Below, piece after piece: positions 46,244 to 57,524 of a stretch of 64,000 bases of DNA. This stretch comes from Macrostomum hystrix (lineage: Eukaryota > Animalia > Platyhelminthes): the NCBI GenBank assembly GCA_950097015.1, contig CATNEN010000025.1, forward strand, positions 3,658,001 through 3,722,000, given 5' to 3'. Each line of letters opens with the position of its first letter. Position 1 is the first letter of the stretch. The position numbers were made by a program, and so were the translations under genes. The notes below the pieces were generated by a model. That model made no database searches. It had not been told where the DNA came from and saw only the letters and a list, made by a program, of their open reading frames with translations.

Positions 46244-49200
46244 TACAGCTGTGTGACTGAGCTGAGAGAGGACAGCTGTGTTACTGAGGTGAGAGAGGAC
46301 AGCTGTGTGACTGAGCTGAGAGAGGACAGCTGTGTGACTGAGGTGAGAGAGGACAGCTGTGTGACTGAGGTTAGAGAGGACAGCTGTGTGACTGAGGTGA
46401 GAGAGAGGACAGCTGTGTGGCTGAGCTGAGAGAGGACAGCTTTGTGACTGAGGTGAGAGAGGACAGCTGTGTGGCTGAGCTGAGAGAGGACAGCTTTGTG
46501 ACTGAGGTGAGAGAGGACAGCTGTGTGACTGAGGTGAGAGAGAGAGGACAGCTGTGTGACTGAGCTGAGAGAGGACAGCTGTGTGACTGAGCTGAGAGAG
46601 GACAGCTGTGTGACTGAGGTGAGAGAGAGAGAGGACAGCTGTGTTACTGAGGTGAGAGAGGACAGCTGTGTGGCTGAGGTGAGAGAGGACAGCTGGCTGT
46701 GTGAATCAGGTGAGAGAGAGGACAGCTGTGTGAATGAGGTGAGAGAGAGGACAGCTGGCTGTGTGAATCAGGTGAGAGAGAGGACAGCTGTGTGAATGAG
46801 GTGAGAGAGAGGACAGCTGTGTGGCTGAGGTGAGAGAGAGGACAGCTGTGTGGCTGAGGTGAGAGAGAGGACAGCAGTGTGACTGAGGTGAGAGAGAGGA
46901 CAGCTGTGTGACTGAGGTGAGAGAGAGGACAGCTGTGTGACTGATGTGAGAGAGAGGACAGCTGTGTGTCTGAGGTGAGAGAGAGGACAGCTGTGTGTCT
47001 GAGGTGAGAGAGAGGACAGCTGTGTGTCTGAGGTGAGAGAGAGGACAGCTGTGTGACTGAGGTGAGAGACAGGACAGCTGTGTGAATGAGGTGAGAGAGA
47101 GGACAGCTGTGTGAATGAGGTGAGAGAGAGGACAGCTGTGTGAATGAGTTGAGAGAGAGGACAGCTGGCTGTGTGAATCAGGTGAGAGAGAGGACAGCTG
47201 TGTGAATGAGGTGAGAGAGAGGACAGCTGTGTGGCTGAGGTGAGAGAGAGGACAGCTGTGTGGCTGAGGTGAGAGAGAGGACAGCTGTGTGACTGAGGTG
47301 AGAGAGAGGACACCTGTGTGTCTCAGGTGAGAGAGAGGACAGCTGTGTGTCTGAGGTGAGAGAGAGGACAGCTGTGTGGCTGAGGTGAGAGAGAGGACAG
47401 CTGTGTGTCTGAGGTGAGAGAGAGGACAGCTGTGTGACTGATGTGAGAGAGAGGACAGCAGTGTGACTGAGGTGAGAGAGAGGACAGCTGTGTGACTGAG
47501 GTGAGAGAGAGGACAGCTGTGTGACTGATGTGAGAGAGAGGACAGCTGTGTGTCTGAGGTGAGAGAGAGGACAGCTGTGTGACTGAGGTGAGAGAGAGGA
47601 CAGCTGTGTGAATGAGGTGAGAGAGAGGACAGCTGTGTGAATGAGGTGAGAGAGAGGACAGCTGTGTGACTGAGGTGAGAGAGAGGACAGCTGTGTGGCT
47701 GAGGTGAGAGAGGACAGCTGTGTTACTGAGGTGAGAGAGGACAGCTGTGTGACTGAGGTGAGAGAGAGGACAGCTGGCTGTGTGAATCAGGTGAGAGAGA
47801 GGACAGCTGTGTGGCTGAGGTGAGAGAGGACAGCTGTGTTACTGAGGTGAGAGAGGACAGCTGTGTGACTGAGGTGAGAGAGGACAGCTGTGTGTCTGAG
47901 GTGAGAGAGGACAGCTGTGTGACTGAGGTGAGAAAGAGGACAGCTGTGTGACTGAGGTGAGAGAGAGGACAGCTGTGTGACTGAGGTGAAAGAAAGGACA
48001 GCTGTGTGACTGAGGTGAGAGAGGACAGCTGTGTGTCTGAGGTGAGAGAGGACAGCTGTGTGGCTGAGGTGAGAGAGGACAGCTGTGTTACTGAGGTGAG
48101 AGAGAGGACAGCTGTGTGACTGAGGTGAGAGAGAGGACAGCTGGCTGTGTGAATCAGGTGAGAGAGAGGACAGCTGTGTGAATGAGGTGAGAGAGAGGAC
48201 AGCTGTGTGAATGAGGTGAGAGAGGACAGCTGTGTGACTGAGCTGAGAGAGGACAGCTTTGTGACTGAGGTGAGAGAGGACAGCTGTGTGACTGAGGTGA
48301 GAGAGAGGACAGCTGTGTGAATGAGGTGAGAGAGAGGACAGCTGTGTGGCTGAGCTGAGAGAGGACAGCTTTGTGACTGAGGTGAGAGAGGACAGCTGTG
48401 TGGCTGAGCTGAGAGAGGACAGCTTTGTGACTGAGGTGAGAGAGGACAGCTGTGTGACTGAGGTGAGAGAGAGAGGACAGCTGTGTGACTGAGCTGAGAG
48501 AGGACAGCTGTGTGACTGAGCTGAGAGAGGACAGCTGTGTGACTGAGGTGAGAGAGAGAGAGGACAGCTGTGTGGCTGAGGTGAGAGAGAGGACAGCTGT
48601 GTGGCTGAGGTGAGAGAGAGGACAGCTGTGTGACTGAGGTGAGAGAGAGGACACCTGTGTGTCTCAGGTGAGAGAGAGGACAGCTGTGTGTCTGAGGTGA
48701 GAGAGAGGACAGCTGTGTGACTGAGGTGAGAAAGAGGACAGCTGTGTGACTGAGGTGAGAGAGAGGACAGCTGTGTGACTGAGGTGAAAGAAAGGACAGC
48801 TGTGTGACTGAGGTGAGAGAGGACAGCTGTGTGTCTGAGGTGAGAGAGGACAGCTGTGTGGCTGAGCTGAGAGAGGACAGCTGTGTTACTGAGGTGAGAG
48901 GACAGCTGTGTGTCTGAGGTGAGAGAGGACAGCTGTGTGGCTGAGGTGAGAGAGGACAGCTGTGTTACTGAGGTGAGAGAGAGGACAGCTGTGTGACTGA
49001 GGTGAGAGAGAGGACAGCTGTGTGAATGAGGTGAGAGAGAGGACAGCTGTGTGAATGAGTTGAGAGAGAGGACAGCTGTGTGAATGAGGTGAGAGAGAGG
49101 ACAGCTGTGTAAATGAGGTGAGAGAGAGGACAGCTGTGTGAATGAGGTGAGAGAGAGGACAGCTGTGTGAATGAGGTGAGAGAGAGGACAGCTGTGTGAA

Positions 49201-49380
49201 TGAGGTGAGAGAGGACAGCTGGCTGTGTGAATCAGGTGAGAGAGAGGACAGCTGTGTGACTGATGTGAGAGAGAGGACAGCTGTGTGACTGATGTGAGAG
49301 AGAGGACAGCTGTGTGACTGATGTGAGAGAGAGCACAGCTGTGTGACTGAGGTGAGAGAGAGTACGGCTGTGTGACTGAG
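46244..49380. repeat. Minisatellite of about 25-33 bp (GTGACTGAGGTGAGAGAGAGGACAGCTGT), roughly 110 copies
   Basis: Directly visible; unit length varies with the (GA)n count; blocks of variants recur. Confidence 0.95.
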
Positions 49381-49789
49381 CAAAGACAGGTTTAAGACTG
49401 AAAAAATGTATTTGAGCAAGTGAATACGCTTGTAGAATTTGTGAGCATGGCTGAGTTCGCATATTTTGAATCAGTGAGTTGGCTGTCCTAGCTTTGAAAC
49501 TAGCAGCGGAAGTTAATTGAAAGTCTTTTATCCTCGGAGAAAAAAGAGAAATATCCAGCTCAAATCCCAGTTAGGGAAGCCGAATTCGATATCAGCTATC
49601 GGGAAAGAAGGAAAAGGAAGGGCGAATTTCACGGAGAAATAATTTGCAGCCTGTAGAATTTATAAGCGTAGTTATCGCGTTTCCAGAAGCCAGAAACTGC
49701 TCGAAGGCCCACACGCTGAGAACGAAATGCGTTAGTTCCGAGTGCTTCAATCACTGGCGGACTCGTGTGAGTAAAGAGGCCAATCTCAC

Positions 49790-49925
49790 CTGCGACCCAA
49801 GCTCCTAACCCGCTTTCCACTTCTGCTGCTCTGCCCTCTTCAGTGTTGAGAAGCTGTTGAATCGTTTCTTCCCCAGTCCTTCTGCTCGGGCTACAGCTGC
49901 GAGAGGCTTCGCTCGTGGCCTGCAT
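49790..49925 (-). other. Candidate upstream CELF exon between two satellite arrays
   Basis: ATG-initiated open frame ending at a good donor GCAG|GTGAGA (49789); no homology support. Confidence 0.3.
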
Positions 49926-49977
49926 ATGTATCGGGTGTCAATTAAAAACTGAGATTCTCGCATTTTCACCCGAAAAA

Positions 49978-52567
49978 TAACACTGCATAACACACTGCAT
50001 CCATTGCATAACACACTGCATCCATTGCATAACACACTGCATCCATTGCATAACACACTGCATCCATTGCATAACACACTGCATCCATTGCATAACACAC
50101 TGCATCCATTGCATAACACACTGCATCCATTGCATAACACACTGCATCCATTGCATAACACACTGCATCCATTGCATAACACACTGCATCCATTGCATAA
50201 CACACTGCATCCATTGCATAACACACTGTATCCATGGCATAACACACTGAACAGCTGTTCCATGGCATAACACACTGAACAGCTGTTCCATGGCATAACA
50301 CACTGAACAGCTGTTCCATGGCATAACACACTGAACAGCTGTTCCATGGCATAACACACTGAACAGCTGTTCCATGGCATAACACACTGAACAGCTGTTC
50401 CATGGCATAACACACTGAACAGCTGTTCCATGGCATAACACACTGAACAGCTGTTCCATGGCATAACACACTGAACAGCTGTTCCATGGCATAACACACT
50501 GAACAGCTGTTCCATGGCATAACACACTGAACAGCTGTTCCATGGCATAACACACTGAACAGCTGTTCCATTGCATAACACACTGAACAGCTGTTCCATG
50601 GCATAACACACTGAACAGCTGTTCCATGGCATAACACACTGAACAGCTGTTCCATGGCATAACACACTGAACAGCTGTTCCATGGCATAACACACTGAAC
50701 AGCTGTTCCATGGCATAACACACTGAACAGCTGTTCCATGGCATAACACACTGAACAGCTGTTCCATGGCATAACACACTGAACAGCTGTTCCATGGCAT
50801 AACACACAGAACAGCTGTTCCATTGCATAACACACTGAACAGCTGTTCCATGGCATAACACACTGAACAGCTGTTCCATGGCATAACACACTGAACAGCT
50901 GTTCCATGGCATAACACACTGAACAGCTGTTCCATGGCATAACACACTGAACAGCTGTTCCATGGCATAACACACTGAACAGCTGTTCCATGGCATAACA
51001 CACTGAACAGCTGTTCCATGGCATAACACACTGAACAGCTGTTCCATGGCATAACACACTGAACAGCTGTTCCATGGCATAACACACTGAACAGCTGTTC
51101 CATGGCATAACACACTGAACAGCTGTTCCATGGCATAACACACTGAACAGCTGTTCCATGGCATAACACACAGAACAGCTGTTCCATTGCATAACACACT
51201 GAACAGCTGTTCCATGGCATAACACACTGAACAGCTGTTCCATGGCATAACACACTGAACAGCTGTTCCATGGCATAACACACTGAACAGCTGTTCCATG
51301 GCATAACACACTGAACAGCTGTTCCATGGCATAACACACTGAACAGCTGTTCCATGGCATAACACACTGAACAGCTGTTCCATGGCATAACACACTGAAC
51401 AGCTGTTCCATGGCATAACACACTGAACAGCTGTTCCATGGCATAACACACTGAACAGCTGTTCCATGGCATAACACACTGAACAGCTGTTCCATGGCAT
51501 AACACACTGAACAGCTGTTCCATGGCATAACACACTGAACAGCTGTTCCATGGCATAACACACTGAACAGCTGTTCCATGGCATAACACACTGAACAGCT
51601 GTTCCATGGCATAACACACTGAACAGCTGTTCCATGGCATAACACACTGAACAGCTGTTCCATGGCATAACACACTGAACAGCTGTTCCATGGCATAACA
51701 CACTGAACAGCTGTTCCATGGCATAACACACTGAACAGCTGTTCCATGGCATAACACACAGAACAGCTGTTCCATTGCATAACACACTGAACAGCTGTTC
51801 CATGGCATAACACACTGAACAGCTGTTCCATGGCATAACACACTGAACAGCTGTTCCATTGCATAACACACTGAACAGCTGTTCCATGGCATAACACACT
51901 GAACAGCTGTTCCATGGCATAACACACTGAACAGCTGTTCCATGGCATAACACACTGAACAGCTGTTCCATGGCATAACACACTGAACAGCTGTTCCATG
52001 GCATAACACACTGAACAGCTGTTCCATGGCATAACACACTGAACAGCTGTTCCATGGCATAACACACTGAACAGCTGTTCCATGGCATAACACACTGAAC
52101 AGCTGTTCCATGGCATAACACACTGAACAGCTGTTCCATGGCATAACACACAGAACAGCTGTTCCATTGCATAACACACTGAACAGCTGTTCCATGGCAT
52201 AACACACTGAACAGCTGTTCCATGGCATAACACACTGAACAGCTGTTCCATTGCATAACACACTGAACAGCTGTTCCATGGCATAACACACTGAACAGCT
52301 GTTCCATGGCATAACACACTGAACAGCTGTTCCATGGCATAACACACTGAACAGCTGTTCCATGGCATAACACACTGAACAGCTGTTCCATGGCATAACA
52401 CACTGAACAGCTGTTCCATTGCATAACACACTGAACAGCTGTTCCATGGCATAACACACTGAACAGCTGTTCCATGGCATAACACACTGAACAGCTGTTC
52501 CATTGCATAACACACTGAACAGCTGTTCCATGGCATAACACACTGAACAGCTGTTCCATGGCATAAC
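49978..52567. repeat. Compound array: about 12 x 21 bp (CACTGCATCCATTGCATAACA) switching to about 83 x 28 bp (CACTGAACAGCTGTTCCATGGCATAACA)
   Basis: Directly visible; switch near 50230. Confidence 0.97.
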
Positions 52568-52839
52568 AAATCGTGGAAGAACAAAATCGTTAAAGTATGA
52601 ACAGGTAAGTATTTCTTTACAAACCACATTTTATGGAATTATTTTTCATTAACTTTCATCTAGTTGAGAGAATTAAATTGGATACATTTTTGCATAGAAA
52701 ATATCCATGTAAGTACGCAACGTTTTTTATTTCATCATTGTAGATTTATTTTTTTATCATTTTTGTAAACAGTATGTGGATGCAAGGGTTGTTAGTTTGT
52801 ATGCACTCATGCCGTTAAGCTGTTAAGTTGATAGTCCTG

Positions 52840-53330
52840 ATAGTTGAAGCATTAAGATAGTTTATCCTAGTTTATCCAAGTCAATTTTTGGTAGTTGAAG
52901 CATTGACCTAGTTTATCCTAGTTTATCCAAGTCAATTCTTGGTAGTTGAAGTATTAAGATAGTTTATCCTAGTTTATCCAAGTCAATTCTTGGTAGTTGA
53001 AGTATTGACCTAGTTTATCCTAGTTTATCCAAGTCAATTTTTGGTAGTTGAAGAATTGACCTAGTTTATCCTAGTTTATCCAAGTCAATTTTTGGTAGTT
53101 GAAGCATTGACCTAGTTTATCCTAGTTTATCCAAGTCAATTCTTGGTAGTTGAAGTATTAAGATAGTTTATCCTAGTTTATCCAAGTCAATTTTTGGTAG
53201 TTGAAGAATTGACCTAGTTTATCCTAGTTTATCCAAGTCAATCCTGGTAGTTTAAGCATTAAGCTAGTTTATTCAGTTTATCCAAGTTTATCCAAGTTTA
53301 TCCAAGTTTATCCAAGTTTATCCAAGTTAA
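52840..53330. repeat. 51/52-bp tandem repeat collapsing into a 10-bp (AGTTTATCCA)n tract
   Basis: Period 51 (TTTATCCTAG at 52861, 52912); the 10-mer is a sub-motif of the long unit. Confidence 0.9.
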
Positions 53331-53340
53331 TCCGTGCTTA

Positions 53341-56300
53341 TCAGGCCAGGCGAGTCCAGATCTCCGCCGGTCCTCGACGCGCCCAGACGAGACCCGTCCT
53401 CGCTTCCAGCTTCAGCGCGGGATCCAGCCTGGTGTACCTGGAGAAGCGGTAAAAGCGATACAAATTAAATAAAACGAACAGACAGTTTTTCTATATTTTG
53501 TGCATCTTTTTTTACTAATAACAACGTATATTTTAAAAGTAGCTTTAAATATACTTTCAGGTTCTTAAACTTATTATTTTCCTAAAAATGGCTGGCAAAT
53601 GCTCACCTCAATTTCGTTGCAGCTTCGCGAGTACCCGATGTGATCTGTGGCGGCAGAGGAGCTGGCAGCAGCTGCGGCGACAGGAGGCGCCCGCCAGCGG
53701 ACATCGCCGCGGAAGGACTTACCGACGCCGTCTGGGGCCGCAGCAGCCGAATCGGCCAGCCGGATGGTCGACGAGGCGGTCGCCGGCGATCGCTGCCATC
53801 GCTCTCAACTGCACCGCGTTCGCGATCGAAGTCGATCACCAGACGATCGACCCGTTGCTGCTGGCACCATCTGGCTGCAGTCCCTTGAGGAGCTTCCTGT
53901 TGGCGCTGCCGAGTCCAAGCGTCAAGCGCCGTCCTGAGCACTCCAGCTACTAAGGATTTCTCACGTTCGCTGGCTGCGGAGAGCCAGGAGTGCACGACAG
54001 ATGGGTCATCAGTTTGCAGCACCTGGCACAGCAGGCTGAGCACGGCCAGTTCTTGCAGCTCCGCCTCAGCTGCGGCAGCGGCAGCGGCAGGGTCGTCTAT
54101 GGCAGTCGCGTCTCGACACGTTGAACCGTCGCGCGACATCAGCCACGACCGAGACGCTGCTGTTCGACGTCCGTTTCGGCTGGCCGGTGGCACAGCTGCT
54201 GCCGTTGCAGTTTTTGGTCGACGAAAGGACGGAGAGGCCGCTGGATGGGGTGCGGTAAAATCCCTTTCTATTAGAAAGCATAGCAAAAGTACTAATCTTG
54301 TTTCCAAGACTTTAACAGTAGGACTACCAAGCCATTCTCCCCTGAAAATACTTTTAGCTGCGGCCGAATGCTAACAGCGTCGGGTGGCGACTGATTGGTT
54401 GACAGCCTAGGCGAGGGTGTCCTGTGGTTGAGCTGCGCCAAATATTTAGGCTTGATCAGTGAAATTGGAGAAATCTGCGTCAGGTTGTCCATAGTGGCCT
54501 ATTTCCACCTGTTGTAGCCCTTGAAGGTCCAGCAGTCCATCTAGATAGAGGTGGGTGATCACCGAAGTTGGAGATGATGCAGGTACATTCGGGTGACATG
54601 CTGAGAAATTTTGAAGGCCTGGCAAGGCCGCACTGAGGCGCAGTGCTAATTCGTGTATTAGGGTGTATAAAAGTTACTAGCTCTTTTGAGAAAAATCCGA
54701 CTTTCGGCCAGAGACAGTGAATGTCTGGACGGTCTGAAGAGCTTGATTCTTTCAAGTTTCAGAAGATGCGCAACAAAAATTTGGCCTTGTTCTTGTTTGT
54801 ATTCTTGAGAGGTTTGTGTGCTTGCGTTGCTATGTTCGGGTACATTCGTGTACAATACATTTTCAGGGGAGAATTTCTCGCCCCCTTGGTAGTTCTACTG
54901 CCTAACAGTCTTTTTATCGTAATTCAAGTTTCCAATCGGTTGTTCCGATTGATCGGTTACCTGTTCTATGCTCCCGTGTTCGTTATCGTAACAGTAATGC
55001 TAGTCACGTTGATTAAAATATGTGCATTAATTCACTGATTAAAATCGACTAAACAGACAAACGGCAAGGCAAGCGTAGTTAGTTTTTTGAAGTTCACGTG
55101 AATAACGATAGCGAAACAATATATTTAAATTGAATCAAAGATTAATTTTAAGAGTTCATTTGCGATAGCCGTAGCTTGAAGAACTGTGGGCGTGGCCGGA
55201 GCCTCCGTGACCGTAGCTATCGTCGCCGTAGCCGTAGCTACCGTAGCTATCGTCGCCGTAGCCGTAGCTACCGTGGCTATCGTCGCCGTAGCCGTAGCTA
55301 CCGTAGCTATCGTCGCCGTAGCCGTAGCTACCTTGGCTATCGTCGCCGTAGCCGTAGCTACCGTGGCTATCGCCATAGCCGTAGCTTTCATAGTAGCTGT
55401 CGCCGTAGCCGTCGCCATGGCTACTTTCGTACTGGTAGTTTCCGTAGCTATCCTTTGGCGCCTTGTAAAGCACCTTCTTCCAGCCGTTCTTCTCCAGGTA
55501 GTGACTAACTAAGTGGGGCTTGCCGTACTTGTCGAATTCTTCCTCCTTAACATCGTCCGGCACAGAGTAATATTTTTGCTTGTAGTTGTGACAATTGGCA
55601 ACGACAACGAAAGCCGCAAGTGCCAACGCAACCGAAGCAAAGCGCATTTTGAGATTGTTTTTTGAACACGATCAGATAGGTTCAATGCTTATCAGCTGGG
55701 TGCAGTGTGGTCAGACCAGCTGACCGCCTTTTATCATCTCGCGTGAACGGGTGGTGTGGGGTCAGTAAGGAAAGGTTACCTTTCCATTGGTCAACTAAAA
55801 CTGGTTGGGGTGGGTGTTGTCTAGAGGTGGGTTTTAGCCGGCGTTGGAAGGCTGTATAGATAAATAGATAAGGGGGTAGAAGTTTGAATCGCTAAGAGTC
55901 CGCCAGCCAATCAGAAATTGAAAATAAATTTTTAAGCCGAGGCGATTCTTTCAACGCTCGGGGGTGGGTAAGAGAGAACGCGAGAGCGGCGAAAACTGGA
56001 TTCGCCTGGGCAGGCGAATTTGATATGTTGAATTTGTTATTTTTAGCATGTCTTGTTATAATTACAAGCGAAGGTTGTTTACTATTATCAGTTTTAACCT
56101 TCAAACGACCAGCGAGCGAATCATTAAATCAGTGAAGAATTAAAGTGTAAATAAATAAAACTCAATCTACACATAACTTGAGTGTTTAGTGTGTGTTTTT
56201 TATTTCTGTGCTAAAAAACCCTAATTTCTTTCCATTCTCTTCATACTTTTCCTTTTCTCTAGATTTCAAACGAACTATTTACCAGTTAAAGGAATTATTT

Positions 56301-57215
56301 ACAGGCGAGTGAGACACTAGCCTGTGAGACACTAGCCTGTGAGACACTAGCCTGTGAGACACTAGCCTGTGAGACACTAGCCTGTGAGACACTAGCCTGT
56401 GAGACACTAGCCTGTGAGACACTAGCCTGTGAGACACTAGCCTGTGAGACACTAGCCTGTGAGACACTAGCCTGTGAGACACTAGCCTGTGAGACACTAG
56501 CCTGTGAGACACTAGCCTGTGAGACACTAGCCTGTGAGACACTAGCTGTGAGACACTAGCCTGTGAGACACTAGCCTGTGAGACACTAGCCTGTGAGACA
56601 CTAGCCTGTGAGACACTAGCCTGTGAGACACTAGCCTGTGAGACACTGAAATGAAAGCGCAAAGCACATTCGCCTACCTGTCTTCCTGTGGGGATTGTCA
56701 TTGCTCTCATGCAGCACAGAGTACTGTTTAGCGAATCCGCGTAACACCTCCTGGTGCTTGCAGCCCAGCTGGTCCCAGAAGTTGTCATATTTATCTCTAG
56801 CGTCGCCTTCGCCATCGTCAAACAGCCGCTGTTGATTTAGTCGATATCGTCGAGTTCTGGCGGCGATGACGGCGGCATAATCGAGCCCGTTCAGCGTGTC
56901 CAGCGGTTGCCACAGAGTGTTGACATTCTGGAGCCAGCACTGAGTGTTCGGATCGCTAGCTGCTGAAGCTTGGCCAGGATCTTCCAGCATGTCGATGACT
57001 GGAGGGCCGCGTACACTAGCCAGGTGGCGACAGTTGGATGGATGCGGCCGGTGACCGCCAATCACACAGGCCATTCTGGCACCTGAAGGTGGCTCATAAT
57101 TAGCCACGCTTGCCTGTTGCTGCTGCTGCTGCTGCTGCTGCTGTGGAATCTGCAGCTCCAAGAAGCTGCGAACAAACAGACTGGCCGGATCAGCGTGTGG
57201 CAGCTGCTGAGCCAT
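53341..57215 (-). CDS. TBATA/C4orf17 (SPATIAL)-like protein; exons 57215-56678, 54267-53607, 53437-53341 (about 431 aa)
   Basis: HRPHPSNCRHL and ELAVLSLLCQVLQTDDPSVVHSWLSAASEREKSLVAGVL resemble, from memory, the two conserved TBATA/C4orf17 blocks. Splice phases 1-1 and 2-2 are consistent. Family assignment needs a profile search; extra exons are possible. Confidence 0.55.
55156..55647 (-). CDS. Secreted Gly/Tyr/Asp/Ser/His-rich repeat protein, 163 aa, single exon, nested in an intron
   Basis: Signal peptide MRFASVALALAAFVVVANC; 30-bp repeats encoding GYGDDS(Y/H/Q)GSY; upstream GATAAAA TATA-like motif near 55730. Confidence 0.8.
   Translation of the reverse strand: MRFASVALALAAFVVVANCHNYKQKYYSVPDDVKEEEFDKYGKPHLVSHYLEKNGWKKVLYKAPKDSYGNYQYESSHGDGYGDSYYESYGYGDSHGSYGYGDDSQGSYGYGDDSYGSYGYGDDSHGSYGYGDDSYGSYGYGDDSYGHGGSGHAHSSSSYGYRK
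56309..56648. repeat. 15-bp minisatellite (GAGACACTAGCCTGT), about 22 copies
   Basis: Directly visible, with one 1-bp-deleted unit; about 28 nt from the donor at 56677. Confidence 0.97.
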
Positions 57216-57524
57216 CTGGCTTATAATTTTGTCGCAGATTTCTAGAGGGCAAAGATTTTCTTGGTCTTCTTTTTTATGGCTTCTTCTGTCTCTGCCCCCT
57301 CTCTCTCTTTCTCTTTCCTGGTGTATTTCGCTATGAGTTTCAGAGACAGTCAAAGAGATAGGAAAGATGGAATGCTTAACACTCATCTCTATTGTTCTCG
57401 CTCTAAGCGAGCACTGCTGCACTAAACAAGTTTTTATAGTCTTCACCAGTTGGCATGGCTCTTGTTGAACGGGTCAGACAATGCACGGCTATGAGACTGC
57501 AATAAGGACTGTGTACTACCCTTG

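Noticed and set aside
49805-52629. Three ORFs of 873-940 aa (Cys/Met-rich) on the minus strand
   Set aside because: The 28-bp unit has no stop on that strand and cycles through all frames, so all three frames are open; repeat artefact.
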